Shown here: positions 1 to 10,535 of the stretch, one piece after another
Layout of the letters: every line of letters starts with the position of its first letter
How positions within the stretch are numbered: position 1 is the first letter of the stretch
Assembly (NCBI GenBank): GCA_963749495.1
Contig: CAVVMW010000016.1
Coordinates: 71,708 to 135,707 of the forward strand
DNA: 64,000 bases
Source: an uncultured bacterium
GTDB lineage: Bacteria > Verrucomicrobiota > Verrucomicrobiia > Limisphaerales > UBA8199
Direction: 5' to 3'
Notes under the pieces: model-generated
What the model saw: the letters and a program-made list of their open reading frames with translations, nothing else
Databases searched by the model: none
Told to the model about the DNA's origin: nothing
Translations under genes and position numbers: made by a program

Positions 1-2
1 CC

Positions 3-680
3 GCCAACTGGCGCCGGCACTTCGTCGCCACCCGCAACGGCAACCTCTACCCAACTCACGGACTCGGTCCCGTCGCCCAGTACATGGGCATCAATGCCGG
101 CGACAGATTCGACTACCTGGTCTCGATGAGTTCGCGCGAGCAGGCCCTGAGCCGCCGATGCGCGTCCCTCCCCGCCGATAATCCGCGCCGGCGGGAGCGC
201 TTCGCCTGCGGCGATATAAACACCTCGCTCATCAAGACCGCCCTGGGCCGGACCATCATGGTTCAGTTTTCGCTCGTGGAATCCCGCCCCTACAGCCGCA
301 TCAACCTGATCGCCGGCACCGCCGGCACCTTCTGCGATTATCCGCCCCGCCTTCATCTGGACGGCCAACCGGAGGGCTGGACCACCGATCTCCAGCCCTA
401 TCACGAGAAGTACGGCCACCCGCTCTGGAAGAAGCTCAACGCGCAAGCCCAGCAGTCCGGCGGCCACGGCGGCATGGATTACGTGATGAACTGGCGACTG
501 ATTCAATGCCTGCGAGAGGGCCTGCCCCTGGACTTGACCGTCTATGATGCCGCCGCCTGGAGCAGCATCGTGCCGCTCAGCATCGCGTCCGTTTCCAAAG
601 CCAGCGCACCGGCGGCCGTTCCCGATTTCACGCGCGGCGCCTGGAGCCATCAACCACCAGGCGCCCTGGCTGCGTGCTGA
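3..680 (+). CDS. GH109-type Gfo/Idh/MocA NAD-dependent glycosidase, C-terminal part (5' truncated by window)
   Basis: Frame is open from the window start: RNGNLYPTHGLGPV, SRPYSRIN, GGHGGMD, DAAAWS and PDFTRGAW motifs typical of GH109. Confidence 0.85.
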   Translation, partial: ANWRRHFVATRNGNLYPTHGLGPVAQYMGINAGDRFDYLVSMSSREQALSRRCASLPADNPRRRERFACGDINTSLIKTALGRTIMVQFSLVESRPYSRINLIAGTAGTFCDYPPRLHLDGQPEGWTTDLQPYHEKYGHPLWKKLNAQAQQSGGHGGMDYVMNWRLIQCLREGLPLDLTVYDAAAWSSIVPLSIASVSKASAPAAVPDFTRGAWSHQPPGALAAC

Positions 681-686
681 ACCCTG

Positions 687-1771
687 CTACGCGTCCGCCC
701 GCCAGTGGGTCTTGGCAAACTGGAGAAACGCAGCCTCGCTTGGCAGGCACCTTGCCGGGACGGCCAGGTAAAGCCCCTCCCGCGGAAGCTGAGGCAACAC
801 GTCGGAAAGTTCCTCGAACCGGTGATCCAGGAAGAGCAGCAGGCGCGAATGCTCCAGAATCTCCCGGAATGCCGGCAGGAGGTCCGCCAGGGGCGGGCCG
901 TTGGCCTCGATGGTCATTTGGAGGCCGGCCAGGCCGGGAATGCGGAGCACGTGGCGGAAATGCTGGAAACCCGTCGAGTGCACATGGAAGACCACGCAAG
1001 ACCCGAGATGCCGCACCGCCTGCGCCGTGCAGTTCATGAACAGGTCCCGGTAGAGATTGGGATGGCAGAGGCCCAAGGCGTCCTCCTGCAGCGCAATGGT
1101 CGGGCCGGGCGCCCAGTAACCGAAGATATGCCCGTAACCTCCATGCTTGGGTTTCACCACGGAGAAGTGCTGGTCGATGGCCCGCATCAGCAATTGATGG
1201 ATGCGAGCCGCGGCTTGAGCGATCAGTTCCGGGGCGTCATGCAGGTCGCAGAGGAAATTGGTCAAGCCGCGCAGAGCCGCCAGCACGTCGGACGGGCCTC
1301 GCAGAATGGTCGGACTGACCCAGCAATCAGGCGGAGCGCCGGCGGCCAGCCGTTCGGTCTGCTGACGCAAGCAAGTGAACCATTCCTCTCAGCGGCAACG
1401 GGGCTGCCGCCAGCGCCTCGATCGAATCGAAGATGGGGTCCGGCGCCAGGGAACCGGCGGAGAACCGGACGGGACATCCGCACCACGCTTCCAGCCAGGG
1501 AATGGCGCGCCACGGCGCGGCAAAGGGGAGCCAGTCGTCGCAGTTCACCGCCCGTTGCGCAAAGGCGAACTCGTAATCGGTCATGACCGTGTCGGTTCGC
1601 ACATCCTCCGGTTCCACGTGCTGGCGGGGAAACGGCCGGCGCAGGTATTTTACCGGCAGATAAATGTCCGTGTTGACGACGCCGATCGGGGGCCGGCCCT
1701 TCAGGTCGCTTCTTCCAGAAGACGCGCTGGAATCGTTCGATGCTCTCGCTCAGTTGAGCGGCCGTTTTCAT
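687..1771 (-). CDS. Uroporphyrinogen decarboxylase/methyltransferase (MtaA/CmuA)-like TIM-barrel protein, split by 2 frameshifts
   Basis: Three overlapping ORFs join into one protein: PWLEAWCGCPV, LRGPSDVLAALRG, LQEDA, VFHVHS. Confidence 0.6.
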
Positions 1772-1880
1772 GGGTCCAGACAGAACACACACGCAAGGTC
1801 TGTCAAAAGGCACAACCCCGGCAAGCCGATAAAGCGAAAAGAGTCGTCAGGGCCTTTGGAAGGGATATACTGCGGTTAGA

Positions 1881-2102
1881 ATGTTCGAAGACCTTTCAGA
1901 CGAATGGCGCGAGTGGATCGCGCTGACACCGCTGGAACGCTGGCGCGAAAGCCAGAAGCTCTTCGCCGACTACCTGGCGCAAGGAGGCAGCCTTGATCCC
2001 GACCCCGATCCTGACAGTCCTTTCTACTTTCCGGAAACATGGTGTCCAGACGCTGCTCATGGGCGGGCAGGCCTGCGTCTTTTACGGCGCGGCGCAAGTT
2101 AG
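1881..2102 (+). CDS. Small acidic protein, probable partner/antitoxin of the downstream nucleotidyltransferase
   Basis: 73 aa, LTPLERW..SQKL motif; overlaps the next gene; followed by an NTase. Confidence 0.55.
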   Translation: MFEDLSDEWREWIALTPLERWRESQKLFADYLAQGGSLDPDPDPDSPFYFPETWCPDAAHGRAGLRLLRRGAS

Positions 2103-2766
2103 CAAGGACATCGACCTGGCGCTGCTCCCCGAACCGGCGAATATCGAACGGCTGCGCGCCGCGCTCAAGGACCTCACCGCCGAGCGCATCGCCGTGCCGC
2201 CGTTCGATCCCGCGCTATTCGAACGCGGCCACGCCATCCACTTCCGGTGCCACGCCCCGGGCGTTGAAGGTCTGCGCGTGGACCTGATGTCAAAGCTGCG
2301 CTTGCTCCCCGGCTTCGAGGCGCTTTGGGAGCGCCGGACGGCTTTCGTGGATGACCATGGCAACGAGTTCAACCTCCTGAGTGTCCCCGACCTGGTGCGG
2401 TCAAAGAAAACCGCGCGAAACAAGGACTGGCCGGTGATTGAATTGCTGGTGAACATTCATATCCACGAGAACCTCGCCGCGCCGCAACCGGATTGGATTC
2501 GGTTTTGGCTGAGCGAATGCCGCACCCCCGTGCAACTGGCGGCACTCGCCCGGCGTTTCCCTGACCAATGTCGCGCACTGGCTGCCGCCCGTCCGCTGCT
2601 GACGCTCGCGTTGACCGGCGACGAGGCAGCGCTGATTCCGGCCCTGGACGCGGAAATGCGGGCCGAACAGGCCGTAGATCGCGCCTATTGGGAGCCTGTG
2701 CGTCGCGAACTCGAGGCCATGCGGCTCGACGAGGCACGAAGGAAACGGGACTCCAGCCAGGGGTAG
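1993..2766 (+). CDS. Nucleotidyltransferase (AbiEii/Pol-beta-like superfamily)
   Basis: LMGGQACVFYG...SKDIDL (GG..A / DxD) and LVRSKKTARNKD motifs. Confidence 0.75.
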   Translation: MIPTPILTVLSTFRKHGVQTLLMGGQACVFYGAAQVSKDIDLALLPEPANIERLRAALKDLTAERIAVPPFDPALFERGHAIHFRCHAPGVEGLRVDLMSKLRLLPGFEALWERRTAFVDDHGNEFNLLSVPDLVRSKKTARNKDWPVIELLVNIHIHENLAAPQPDWIRFWLSECRTPVQLAALARRFPDQCRALAAARPLLTLALTGDEAALIPALDAEMRAEQAVDRAYWEPVRRELEAMRLDEARRKRDSSQG

Positions 2767-2790
2767 TTTCCACGAGCGCCGCGAGTCCGT

Positions 2791-2872
2791 ACCTTTGTCG
2801 CAACCTTTGTCGCAGCCTTTGCCGGGTTGGCCGGGCCTCGACAAAGGTACCGACAAAGGTTGCGACAAAGGT
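2791..2872. repeat. Inverted array of 12-mer CCTTTGTCGCAA-like units (other copies ~10018-10099 and ~13388-13469)
   Basis: cctttgtcgcaa-cctttgtcgcag-cctttg ... cgacaaaggtac-cgacaaaggttg-cgacaaaggt. Confidence 0.85.
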
Positions 2873-2892
2873 CTGGGATCGGAGCTTCCAGG

Positions 2893-3307
2893 TTAATTTT
2901 GCCAGCCACTCGAAGGGCGCGCCGCGCTATCCCGGCGCGCGGATCGGCTCACGGGCGTGACCGGGTCAATGCCCAGCCAACAGAGGGCGCCGATGAAGTA
3001 CCAGCCGGCGATGACCTGGATGACCACGCTCCAGTCGTTGCCTGCCGCCTGCAGGATGTAGGGAATGGTCCAGGGCGCGAGCAATCCCCCGAGGCAACCC
3101 CAGGTATTCATCAAGCCGGAGAGCGTCCCGGCAAAGCGGCCTCCCAGGTCCATGCACCCGGCCCAGGAACCGGGCATGGCCATGTCATTGCCGAAGCAGG
3201 AGCACCCCATGGCCGCCATCGCCAGCACCGGGTGTTTCAGCCGCGCGGACACCAAGAGCATCAGGCAGGCGAGCGCGCAGCCCGTTGCGCCCAGGCCGCG
3301 CCTGGCC
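2893..3307 (-). pseudogene. 3' fragment of the MFS transporter (duplicate of the 3' end of 13524-14823)
   Basis: Near-identical to the MFS C-terminus; identity breaks after CCTGGCC at 3307. Confidence 0.9.
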
Positions 3308-3716
3308 GGACCGGCCCGCCGCCCCCTCCCCACCGGGCGCTCCAGGGCCTTATACCTACGAACCCTGTGACAACGTGGACCCGAACCCCGACTACGAAAA
3401 CGTGCTCACGGACTGAGCATCGTCCTCTGGAAGGCCGGTTCCGAGGCGGGCCTTTTCCTGGCGCTGGCATCTTCCCGGCCAGCTCGGCACACGGCCGGCA
3501 CCCCTCCGGCGCAACTTTCAGCCGCTGTGCCGGCCCTCAGGCGCGACCACGCTCAAGGACTCCCGTGCTGCGCCGAAACCGGCACAATTTGCCGCTTGAC
3601 GCCTCCTCCCCGTCTGGCCGCATGGCAATGGAATGAGCGAGACGCAAAACCAATTCTCCCTCACCCGCGCAGCGTCAATAACCGGCTGTGCGGCAAAAAA
3701 GCAATTTCCTATCACT

Positions 3717-4089
3717 CATAGCTGGTCTGCCGCTCGGTGGCGAGCGTGTTTTTCACCACTCGCAGGCTACCAGATTCCAGGCAGATCAGCTATCGCTTTG
3801 TGGCGCCGGCGCCCTCTCCGAGCCAAGCACTCCTTCACCAGGAATTGCTTAGCGGCGCCTCATGGCGGAGGGCGGGGCTGTCAAGGTGGAGCGCAGCAGG
3901 GCACGAGGGCACGTGGCGAGCAATACCTTGACAGCCCCGCCCGGAGCCATACCCTGGCCGCGCCGGAATTTCTTGAAGCCCTTGCCTCGGGCGCCACGGG
4001 AGGTTTCCCGACCACCCCCCTCCCTGTGGTCCGCCGCTCGAGCGGAGCACGTGTACAGCTATTTCACCCAGGAATTCTGCGGAAGACCC
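3717..4089 (-). mobile_element. Transposase-less ISL3-type left end plus leader (second copy 10945-11317)
   Basis: Starts GGGTCTTCCGCAGAATTCCTGGGTGAAA, like the ISL3 left end at 7871; 3717-3983 is homologous to 8005-8271 and homology ends at the transposase ATG. Confidence 0.8.
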
Positions 4090-4156
4090 ACATTTGACAA
4101 TTCGGATTTTAGATGTCAATTGCCGAGCTCCCACCCCAATGTCTACGAACCTTTTC

Positions 4157-5593
4157 TTAGAACGGACGTATTCGATAAAAGCGAGCTGGGTAAAGCGCCG
4201 AGGCGGGATCCTGGAAGGAAAACACATCGGGATGACGATCGCGATTTGAGGTCCGCAAAGGGACCCAGGCGCCAATGGCGAGGTTCGTGCAGGCCTCCAG
4301 CAGGACGGGGAGGTGTGCCGCGGTACCAATTTGGAGGGTGAAATGGCCGGCCTGGACGCCGGGCACGTCGAGCGCCCCACTCCAAACGCCCCCAAGCCTC
4401 GAGGGATTAGACGGGACCCAACTGGGCCAACCGGTCGTGCCAGGCAGGTACCAGATGGCCCCTTCCTGGACCCCGAGAGATGCGAACTGGCTCAGCGACA
4501 TCCTGGGCGGGGCGTTGGCCATGAAGAACACGCAACGGAGGAAGGGGCAGTCCGCAAACGCGTTGTCTCCGAGATTGGTCAGGCTGCCTTCGATCACGAC
4601 GTTGGTCAGGGGGCACGCTGCAAAGGCCGACGCCCCGATGGTGGTCACGCTGCTGGGCAATGTCACGCTGCTCACCGCCGAGAACTGGAACGCGCTGTCC
4701 GGAATGATGACGACGCCTTCGGGAACGGTGTAGCTTCCGCCCAATCCCATCGGCCATTGCAGGAGGGTCGTGAGGCCCTTATCGAAAACCACTCCATTGA
4801 CGCTGGCGTAAAACGCGTTATGCCCGTCCACGTTAATGGCCGTCATGCCAAGGCAGGCCACGAATACTTGCTCGCCCAGGTTGGTGACGCTGGCGGGGAT
4901 GGTCACCTGTGTCAAGCCCGCGCCGTCAAAGGCCTGGTCACCAATACTGGTGACGCCGTTGGGAATCGTGAGGTTGGTCACCCATGGCGGAAGCCAAAAA
5001 CCGCGCGAAAGCGCCCCTCCGACCGCGCCCCCAATGGCGGTCACGGGAAGCCCGTTGATGGTGGGTGGGAAGCTGACCGTGCGGCCGGAGCCGTCCCAAT
5101 CCGTGACCGTCACGGCCGCGCCAATGGTTGTATAACTGAATATCGCCGGCGGGTTAATGAGGTTGGTGCACAAAAAGAAGGCCGAAATGCCTAAGGCGGT
5201 TAGGTTCGGGGGGAGGCTGACGTTCGTCAAGCCGCTGCAATAAGCGAACGCGCCGGCCGAGATGTTGGTGACGGTCCCTGGAATGGTGAGGCTGGTCAAG
5301 CCGCAACCCTCGAAGGCTCTTTCTCCGATGCTCCTGAGGCTGTCGGGGATCGTGACGCCCGTCAACCCGGGCACGAGAAAGAAGGCCCTATCCCCGATAG
5401 CGGTCACCGAGAGGCCATCAATGGCGCTTGGTATGATAACGTCGCCGCCGGACCCGCTATAGCCGGTGATGGTCGCCGAGCCCGCGTTGGTTGTGTAGCT
5501 GAAAGGACCGGACTGCTGCGCGCTCACTGACGCAAAGCCGCAGAAAAGCGCCAAGCCGACCACCGGCCCCACGGATTGCCAAGTTGATGCCAT
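4157..5593 (-). CDS. BspA-type leucine-rich repeat (LRR_5) secreted protein, copy 1
   Basis: Signal peptide, repeated IPxxVTxIGxxAF units, C-terminal ...PARFYRIRPF. Confidence 0.9.
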   Translation of the reverse strand: MASTWQSVGPVVGLALFCGFASVSAQQSGPFSYTTNAGSATITGYSGSGGDVIIPSAIDGLSVTAIGDRAFFLVPGLTGVTIPDSLRSIGERAFEGCGLTSLTIPGTVTNISAGAFAYCSGLTNVSLPPNLTALGISAFFLCTNLINPPAIFSYTTIGAAVTVTDWDGSGRTVSFPPTINGLPVTAIGGAVGGALSRGFWLPPWVTNLTIPNGVTSIGDQAFDGAGLTQVTIPASVTNLGEQVFVACLGMTAINVDGHNAFYASVNGVVFDKGLTTLLQWPMGLGGSYTVPEGVVIIPDSAFQFSAVSSVTLPSSVTTIGASAFAACPLTNVVIEGSLTNLGDNAFADCPFLRCVFFMANAPPRMSLSQFASLGVQEGAIWYLPGTTGWPSWVPSNPSRLGGVWSGALDVPGVQAGHFTLQIGTAAHLPVLLEACTNLAIGAWVPLRTSNRDRHPDVFSFQDPASALYPARFYRIRPF

Positions 5594-6069
5594 ATCGTTC
5601 GCTCCAGCTTGGGCCTCCCACCCAGGCAAGTCAAGGAGGAAGTTCTCGGAGCATTGCGCCTGGCAACGGCCGCAGGCGTCAATCCACTTTTTAGTCGGGC
5701 CTTCGGCGCTCCGCTCGAAATCACCCCCGGTGGCCTGCCGTTTCGCGCGAGGCACCTCATGGCTGGGATGACGCTTCCGAGCCGGGGAGCGGCCCACACG
5801 AAACCCCGACGCACGAAGATAATCCAGCACCCCGGAAAAATCTAGCTTGCGTCCCAGGTACTGAGCTCGCCTGCACCCCGCTGGCTCTGCGCGCTCTCGT
5901 GGCCGCTTTTGGTAACGTTGGCTCCTTGACCTGGCGGAAAGCCAATGATAGCGTTGTCCCCATCCAGGGCGTCAAGGGCGGGCGTAGTCGCGCCTTTCAT
6001 CCAGTCTGGCCGTGCGCCCCACCGAGACCCATGGAGACCGTAATTCCGACGCAAAACAGACCTTACGCA

Positions 6070-7450
6070 ATGAACTCAACAAGCCTAACCTACCACCTGT
6101 GCCGCAACTTAGCTCTTGCGGGGGCATTGTCCGCCACCGTTTGCCTGGGCCAGGCACCCAACCCTTCGGCGGCGCAGCACAAACGTCCCCGGCCCGCAGG
6201 AACCGCGCCACTCATTCCTCCACCATCGGCCTTCTACATCACCAACTATCAGAGCTGGTACTACTGCGGGAACGTCCCAAATGTTTGGCCTCGGCTCGCA
6301 GGCCCACCCCTGCTGGGGAGATTTCGATTACATCATCGACAACGGAGCCGTAGATTTCCACAACGTCGTGCTCGGCCCGGGATGCTTCTTTACCCGCGGG
6401 TGTTACGACCGGACGAGCCCCCTGGGCGGGCAGACATTCAAAGGCGATCCCGCCGGTACGACGCTCGTGCTTACAAACCAAACAACGGGGACGTGTGTGT
6501 TGTGGAGCGATGAAGACCAGATCACGGTCAACAACCTCGCTATCAACAGCGATCCCAATGCAAACACGACGTACACTGCTACCGGCGTTCTTCTTAAGGG
6601 GAACAGCAACACCGTGTCCGGCGTCACGGTCCGTCACGTTACCGGGTGGTACGCTTCAGGAGGGGAGGGCTTCGCGTTCCTTATCGGTCTGTGGGAGAAA
6701 TCCGCGAACACGGTGAGCGGCTGTACCGTGAGCGGCTCCCGGGGAGATTACAATGGCGTCGACGGCATTGGCTTCATGGGCGGCGGCGTCGTGCAAAACA
6801 ACACCGTTAACATGACCGCCGGTTGCGGCATGTGCATCAACTCGGCCTGGGCCAATTCGGCAACCTACGTAAGTAACAATTGCACGGGCGGCTGGGTTGG
6901 GTTCTACAACGATACCGCGGGCAACACCAACGTGACGCTGGAAAACAATAACTTCGTAGGGATGACGCAAGTGCTCCCTGGTGGCGCGGCGGCGTACGGC
7001 CTCTGCATGGGGGTCGCGGGGACTAGCTTCCAAGGCATCACCAACCTCGTCATTTCGGGTAACCTATTCAAACCGTCCGGGGACCCACCGTCCTACGGCA
7101 TCGCCATCGCGAACGATCGGGCCAGACTAGGTCCTCAGATCCAAAATGTCACCATCACGAACAACACCGTCCAGTTCGATGGAGGCACGTCGGGGGAGTG
7201 TGTGGCGCTCCACCTTTGCACGACGAACTGGGACCAATCCTTCCCGCCTTATTACTTTGGCAACTGCTATATTGGCTACAACTACATTCAGACAAACGTC
7301 CAACAACATGTCGTGGGCATCGAATTGCACATGCAGCAGTGGACGGTCGACCACAACATGGATTTGTCTGGCGGGTACCTGTGTCCGCCCTGCTGGCCGA
7401 CGAATGGGACGTTGACAACTTACACCAAGTTTTATTTTGAATACCCCTAA
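6070..7450 (+). CDS. Secreted right-handed beta-helix (pectate lyase-like) protein, frameshift near 6310
   Basis: Signal peptide in ORF 5899-6513; N/T/G-rich beta-helix repeats (NVTLENNNF, NLVISGNLF, NVTITNNTV) in ORF 6116-7450. Confidence 0.65.
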
Positions 7451-7870
7451 GCCCTGCGGCCTGGGGGGGGCGGCCGGCACCGCGCCGGTCCCTGGACGCC
7501 CGCGCCGGCCGCCACATCTGGCCGTGGCAGAACTCCCCGGGAGAAATGAACTGGAGGTGTTGGCGAGGAGTGCTCTTTACTCCGGTCAGGTCTTGGCCGG
7601 GCTGTGTGGTGTCTCGCCCCGCCACTTCCGGCGGTTGATGGCCAGCTTGCTTAGGCAATCTCCGCGCGCGTTTGTGGGGCAATTGCGCGTCGTGGACGCT
7701 GAGGGCCTTCTGGCACAGGGGTTCAATTTCAAACAGGTGGCGGGGCGCATTGGTTTCAGCCACAGGTCTCATTTCGACAGATTCTTTAAGGCCAAGACGG
7801 GTATGACGCCGGGGCAGTATCTGGAGAGCCGCCTGTCCAAGGACAGCGGGCCCTCGTGTCTCCAAGCACC
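7437..7870 (+). CDS. AraC-family HTH protein, 3' end interrupted by ISL3 (start uncertain)
   Basis: LAGLCGVSPRHFRR...VAGRIGFSHRSHFDRFFKAKTGMTPGQY; without the IS the frame stops at 9592-9594. Confidence 0.75.
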
Positions 7871-9549
7871 GGGTCCCCCGCACAATTTGTGGGTGAAACA
7901 TCTGGACACGTGTTCAGTTCGGAGGGTTGACGTTGGTGAGTTGGGCGGTCGTGGAACATCCCGCGGCACGCTCCGCGACGAATCGAGCGGCCTAACGGCC
8001 GGAGAAGGACTTCAAGCAATTCCGGCGCGGCCAGGGTATGGCTCCGGGCGGGGCTGTCAAGGTATTGCTCGCCACGTGCCCTCGTGCCCTGCTGCGCTCC
8101 ACCTTGACAGCCCCGCCCTCCGCCATGATGCGCCGCTAAGGAATTGCTGGTGAAGGTGTGCTTGGCTCGGAGGGCTGCCCAGCGCCACAAAGCGATAGCT
8201 GATCTGCCTGGCTTGCGGTAGCCTGCGAGATGTGAAAAGCACGCCCGCCACCGAGCGGCAGACCAGCTATGCAATTGAAGGTTAAGACGGTTCTCAACGA
8301 CATTCAACACTTTGTGGGCTTCGTTTACCAGGACATCCGCTTGTGCCGGGACCGCCGAGGCCGTGGCCGGCGGCTCGAGATCACCCTCCAACCCCATGGC
8401 GGCATTCCCGCCAAGTGCTCCCGGTGCCTGCAGCCAGTCCCCGGCTATGATCAGTTGCCCCAGCGGTCCTGGCTGTTTCCGCCGATGTGGGGCGTCAAGA
8501 CCTATTTCCTCTACCCCCCGCGGCGGGTCAATTGTCCGCAGGACGGGGTGGTCGTCGAGCATATCCCCTGGAGCCAGGGCAAGCGGCCGGTGACGACGGC
8601 GATGATGGGCCTCTTGGCCCGGTGGGCCCGGCGGCTGTCCTGGAAGGAAACCGCCCAGGCCTTCCACACCAGTTGGGAGGCCGTCTACCGTTCGGTGCAG
8701 TGGTTCGTCCAATGGGGTTTGGAGCACCGGCGCCTGGAGGGTGTGGAGGCCATCGGAGTGGACGAGATCCATTGGGGCAAGGGCCAGAAGGCCGACAACT
8801 TCCTGACGGTGATTTACCAGATTGACCCCCACTGTCGGCGCTTGCTGTGGCTGGGTCGGCGGCGCACTCAAGCCACGTTGCGGCGGGGCTTGGCAGAATT
8901 GGGAGCCCCGGTGGTCAGCGCTCTGAAGTATGTGTGCAGCGACATGTGGAAGCCCTACCTGAAGGTGATCGCGGCCAAGATACCGCAGGCGCTCAACGTG
9001 CTGGACCGCTTTCATATCGTGGGGCACCTCAACGAGGCGGTGGACGAGGTGCGCCGGGGCGAGCAGTCGCGCTTGCACGGCCGGCCCCTGGCTCAGCGGC
9101 TCAAGGGCATGCGCTGGCAGTTGTTGCGCCGGGGCAGCCGGGTGCGGGGCCGTGCCCGCTCCAAGCTCAACGCCCTGTTGGCCAGCAAGCTGGCGACGGC
9201 ACGGGCCTGGAACCTCAAGGAGAGCTTCGACTACCTTTGGCACTACCGTTCTCCGATCTATGTGGTGGCCTATCTGGGTTATTGGTGCGCTCGAGCCATG
9301 CGCAGCCGGCTCGAACCAATGAAGAAGGTGGCCCGGATGCTGCGCGCCCATGAGCCGTTGATCTTGAATTGGTTCGAGGCCAAAGGTGAGCTCTCCAGCG
9401 CCGCCGTCGAGGGCCTGAACAACAAGATTCGAGTGGTAACCAGACGATCTTACGGCTTCCGCACCTATCCAGCCATGGAATTGGCCCTGTATCATTGCCT
9501 TGGCCGCTTACCCGAGCCTCGACTTACCCATACATTCTGCTGACCAGTC
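7871..9549 (+). mobile_element. Complete ISL3-family insertion sequence
   Basis: Imperfect terminal IRs (GCACAATTTGTGGGTGA / GCAGAATGTATGGGTAA); direct repeat CAAGCACC at 7863-7870 and 9550-9557. Confidence 0.9.
8269..9543 (+). CDS. ISL3-family transposase
   Basis: Zn finger CSRC...CPQDG, IGVDE, CSDMWKPY, LDRFH, EGLNNKIRVVTRRSYGFR. Confidence 0.95.
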   Translation: MQLKVKTVLNDIQHFVGFVYQDIRLCRDRRGRGRRLEITLQPHGGIPAKCSRCLQPVPGYDQLPQRSWLFPPMWGVKTYFLYPPRRVNCPQDGVVVEHIPWSQGKRPVTTAMMGLLARWARRLSWKETAQAFHTSWEAVYRSVQWFVQWGLEHRRLEGVEAIGVDEIHWGKGQKADNFLTVIYQIDPHCRRLLWLGRRRTQATLRRGLAELGAPVVSALKYVCSDMWKPYLKVIAAKIPQALNVLDRFHIVGHLNEAVDEVRRGEQSRLHGRPLAQRLKGMRWQLLRRGSRVRGRARSKLNALLASKLATARAWNLKESFDYLWHYRSPIYVVAYLGYWCARAMRSRLEPMKKVARMLRAHEPLILNWFEAKGELSSAAVEGLNNKIRVVTRRSYGFRTYPAMELALYHCLGRLPEPRLTHTFC

Positions 9550-9557
9550 CAAGCACC

Positions 9558-9794
9558 ATTTCAGAGTGCGATGCGGGCGCGGGCATTCCCTTGACCGGCC
9601 TTGACGCGGTGGCCGGGTTGGTGCGCGGCATGGTCGAGATGCTCTCCGCCGGAGTGGAGAAGGTCTTCTTCTACTACAGCGGCCACGAGAGCGGCGCGAT
9701 GCCGTGGTTTTCGGTGATGGCCAACGGCTACTCCGTGCGTCTGGACTACGACGGCCGGCCCAAGCCGAGGATGATGGCTTACAGCGCACTTTAA
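9558..9794 (+). pseudogene. C-terminal remnant of a glycoside hydrolase-like protein
   Basis: GVEKVFFYY...LDYDGRPKPRMMAY resembles a GH TIM-barrel C-terminus; no N-terminus present. Confidence 0.4.
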
Positions 9795-9866
9795 AGGGGT
9801 CGGTCCCGGAATTCTGAATATTCCCTCGACAGCAATGGACTGTCCTGGGACCACCGGCACCTGAAT

Positions 9867-9993
9867 AGTTACGCAAGGACATCAACCTGGCGCTGCTCGG
9901 CGAACCGGCGAATATCGAACGCCTGTGGGTCCCGAACTCGAGGCCATGCGGCTCGATGAGGCACGAAGGAAACGGGACTCCAGCCAGGGGTAG
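9867..9993 (+). pseudogene. Internally deleted copy of the nucleotidyltransferase gene (second copy 13237-13363)
   Basis: Sequence matching 2097-2149 is joined directly to sequence matching 2694-2766. Confidence 0.85.
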
Positions 9994-10153
9994 TTTCCAC
10001 GAGCGCCGCGAGTCCGTACCTTTGTCGCAACCTTTGTCGCAGCCTTTGCCGGGTTGGCCGGGCCTCGACAAAGGTACCGACAAAGGCTGCGACAAAGGTC
10101 TGGGATCGGAGCTTCCAGGTTAGTTTTGCCAACCGCTCGAAGGGCGCGCCGCG

Positions 10154-10535
10154 CTATCCCGGCGCGCGGATCGACTCCACGGGCGTGACCGGGTCAATGC
10201 CCAGCCAACAGAGGGCGCCGATGAAGTACCAGCCGGCGATGACCTGGATGACCACGCTCCAGTCGTTGCCTGCCGCCTGCAGGATGTAGGGAATGGTCCA
10301 GGGCGCGAGCAATCCCCCGAGGCAACCCCAGGTATTCATCAAGCCGGAGAGCGTCCCGGCAAAGCGGCCTCCCAGGTCCATGCACCCGGCCCAGGAACCG
10401 GGCATGGCCATGTCATTGCCGAAGCAGGAACACCCCATGGCCGCCATCGCCAGCACCGGGTGTTTCAGCCGCGCGGACACCAAGAGCATCAGGCAGGCGA
10501 GCGCGCAGCCCGTTGCACCCAGACCGCGCCTGGCC
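10154..10535 (-). pseudogene. 3' fragment of MFS transporter, copy 2
   Basis: Same breakpoint as the 3307 copy. Confidence 0.9.

Larger units (their letters stand above)
2694..5651. repeat. ~2.95 kb direct repeat, copy 1 (copy 2 at 9921-12879)
   Basis: Matching ORFs at a constant offset of 7228 (e.g. 3065/10293, 4275/11503); roughly 20 substitutions by eye. Confidence 0.95.

Noticed and set aside
3581..3591. GCACAATTTG as the right end of a complete ISL3 MITE
   Set aside because: Only 10 bp match the IR, the GG terminus and TGGGT are missing, and no target duplication was found
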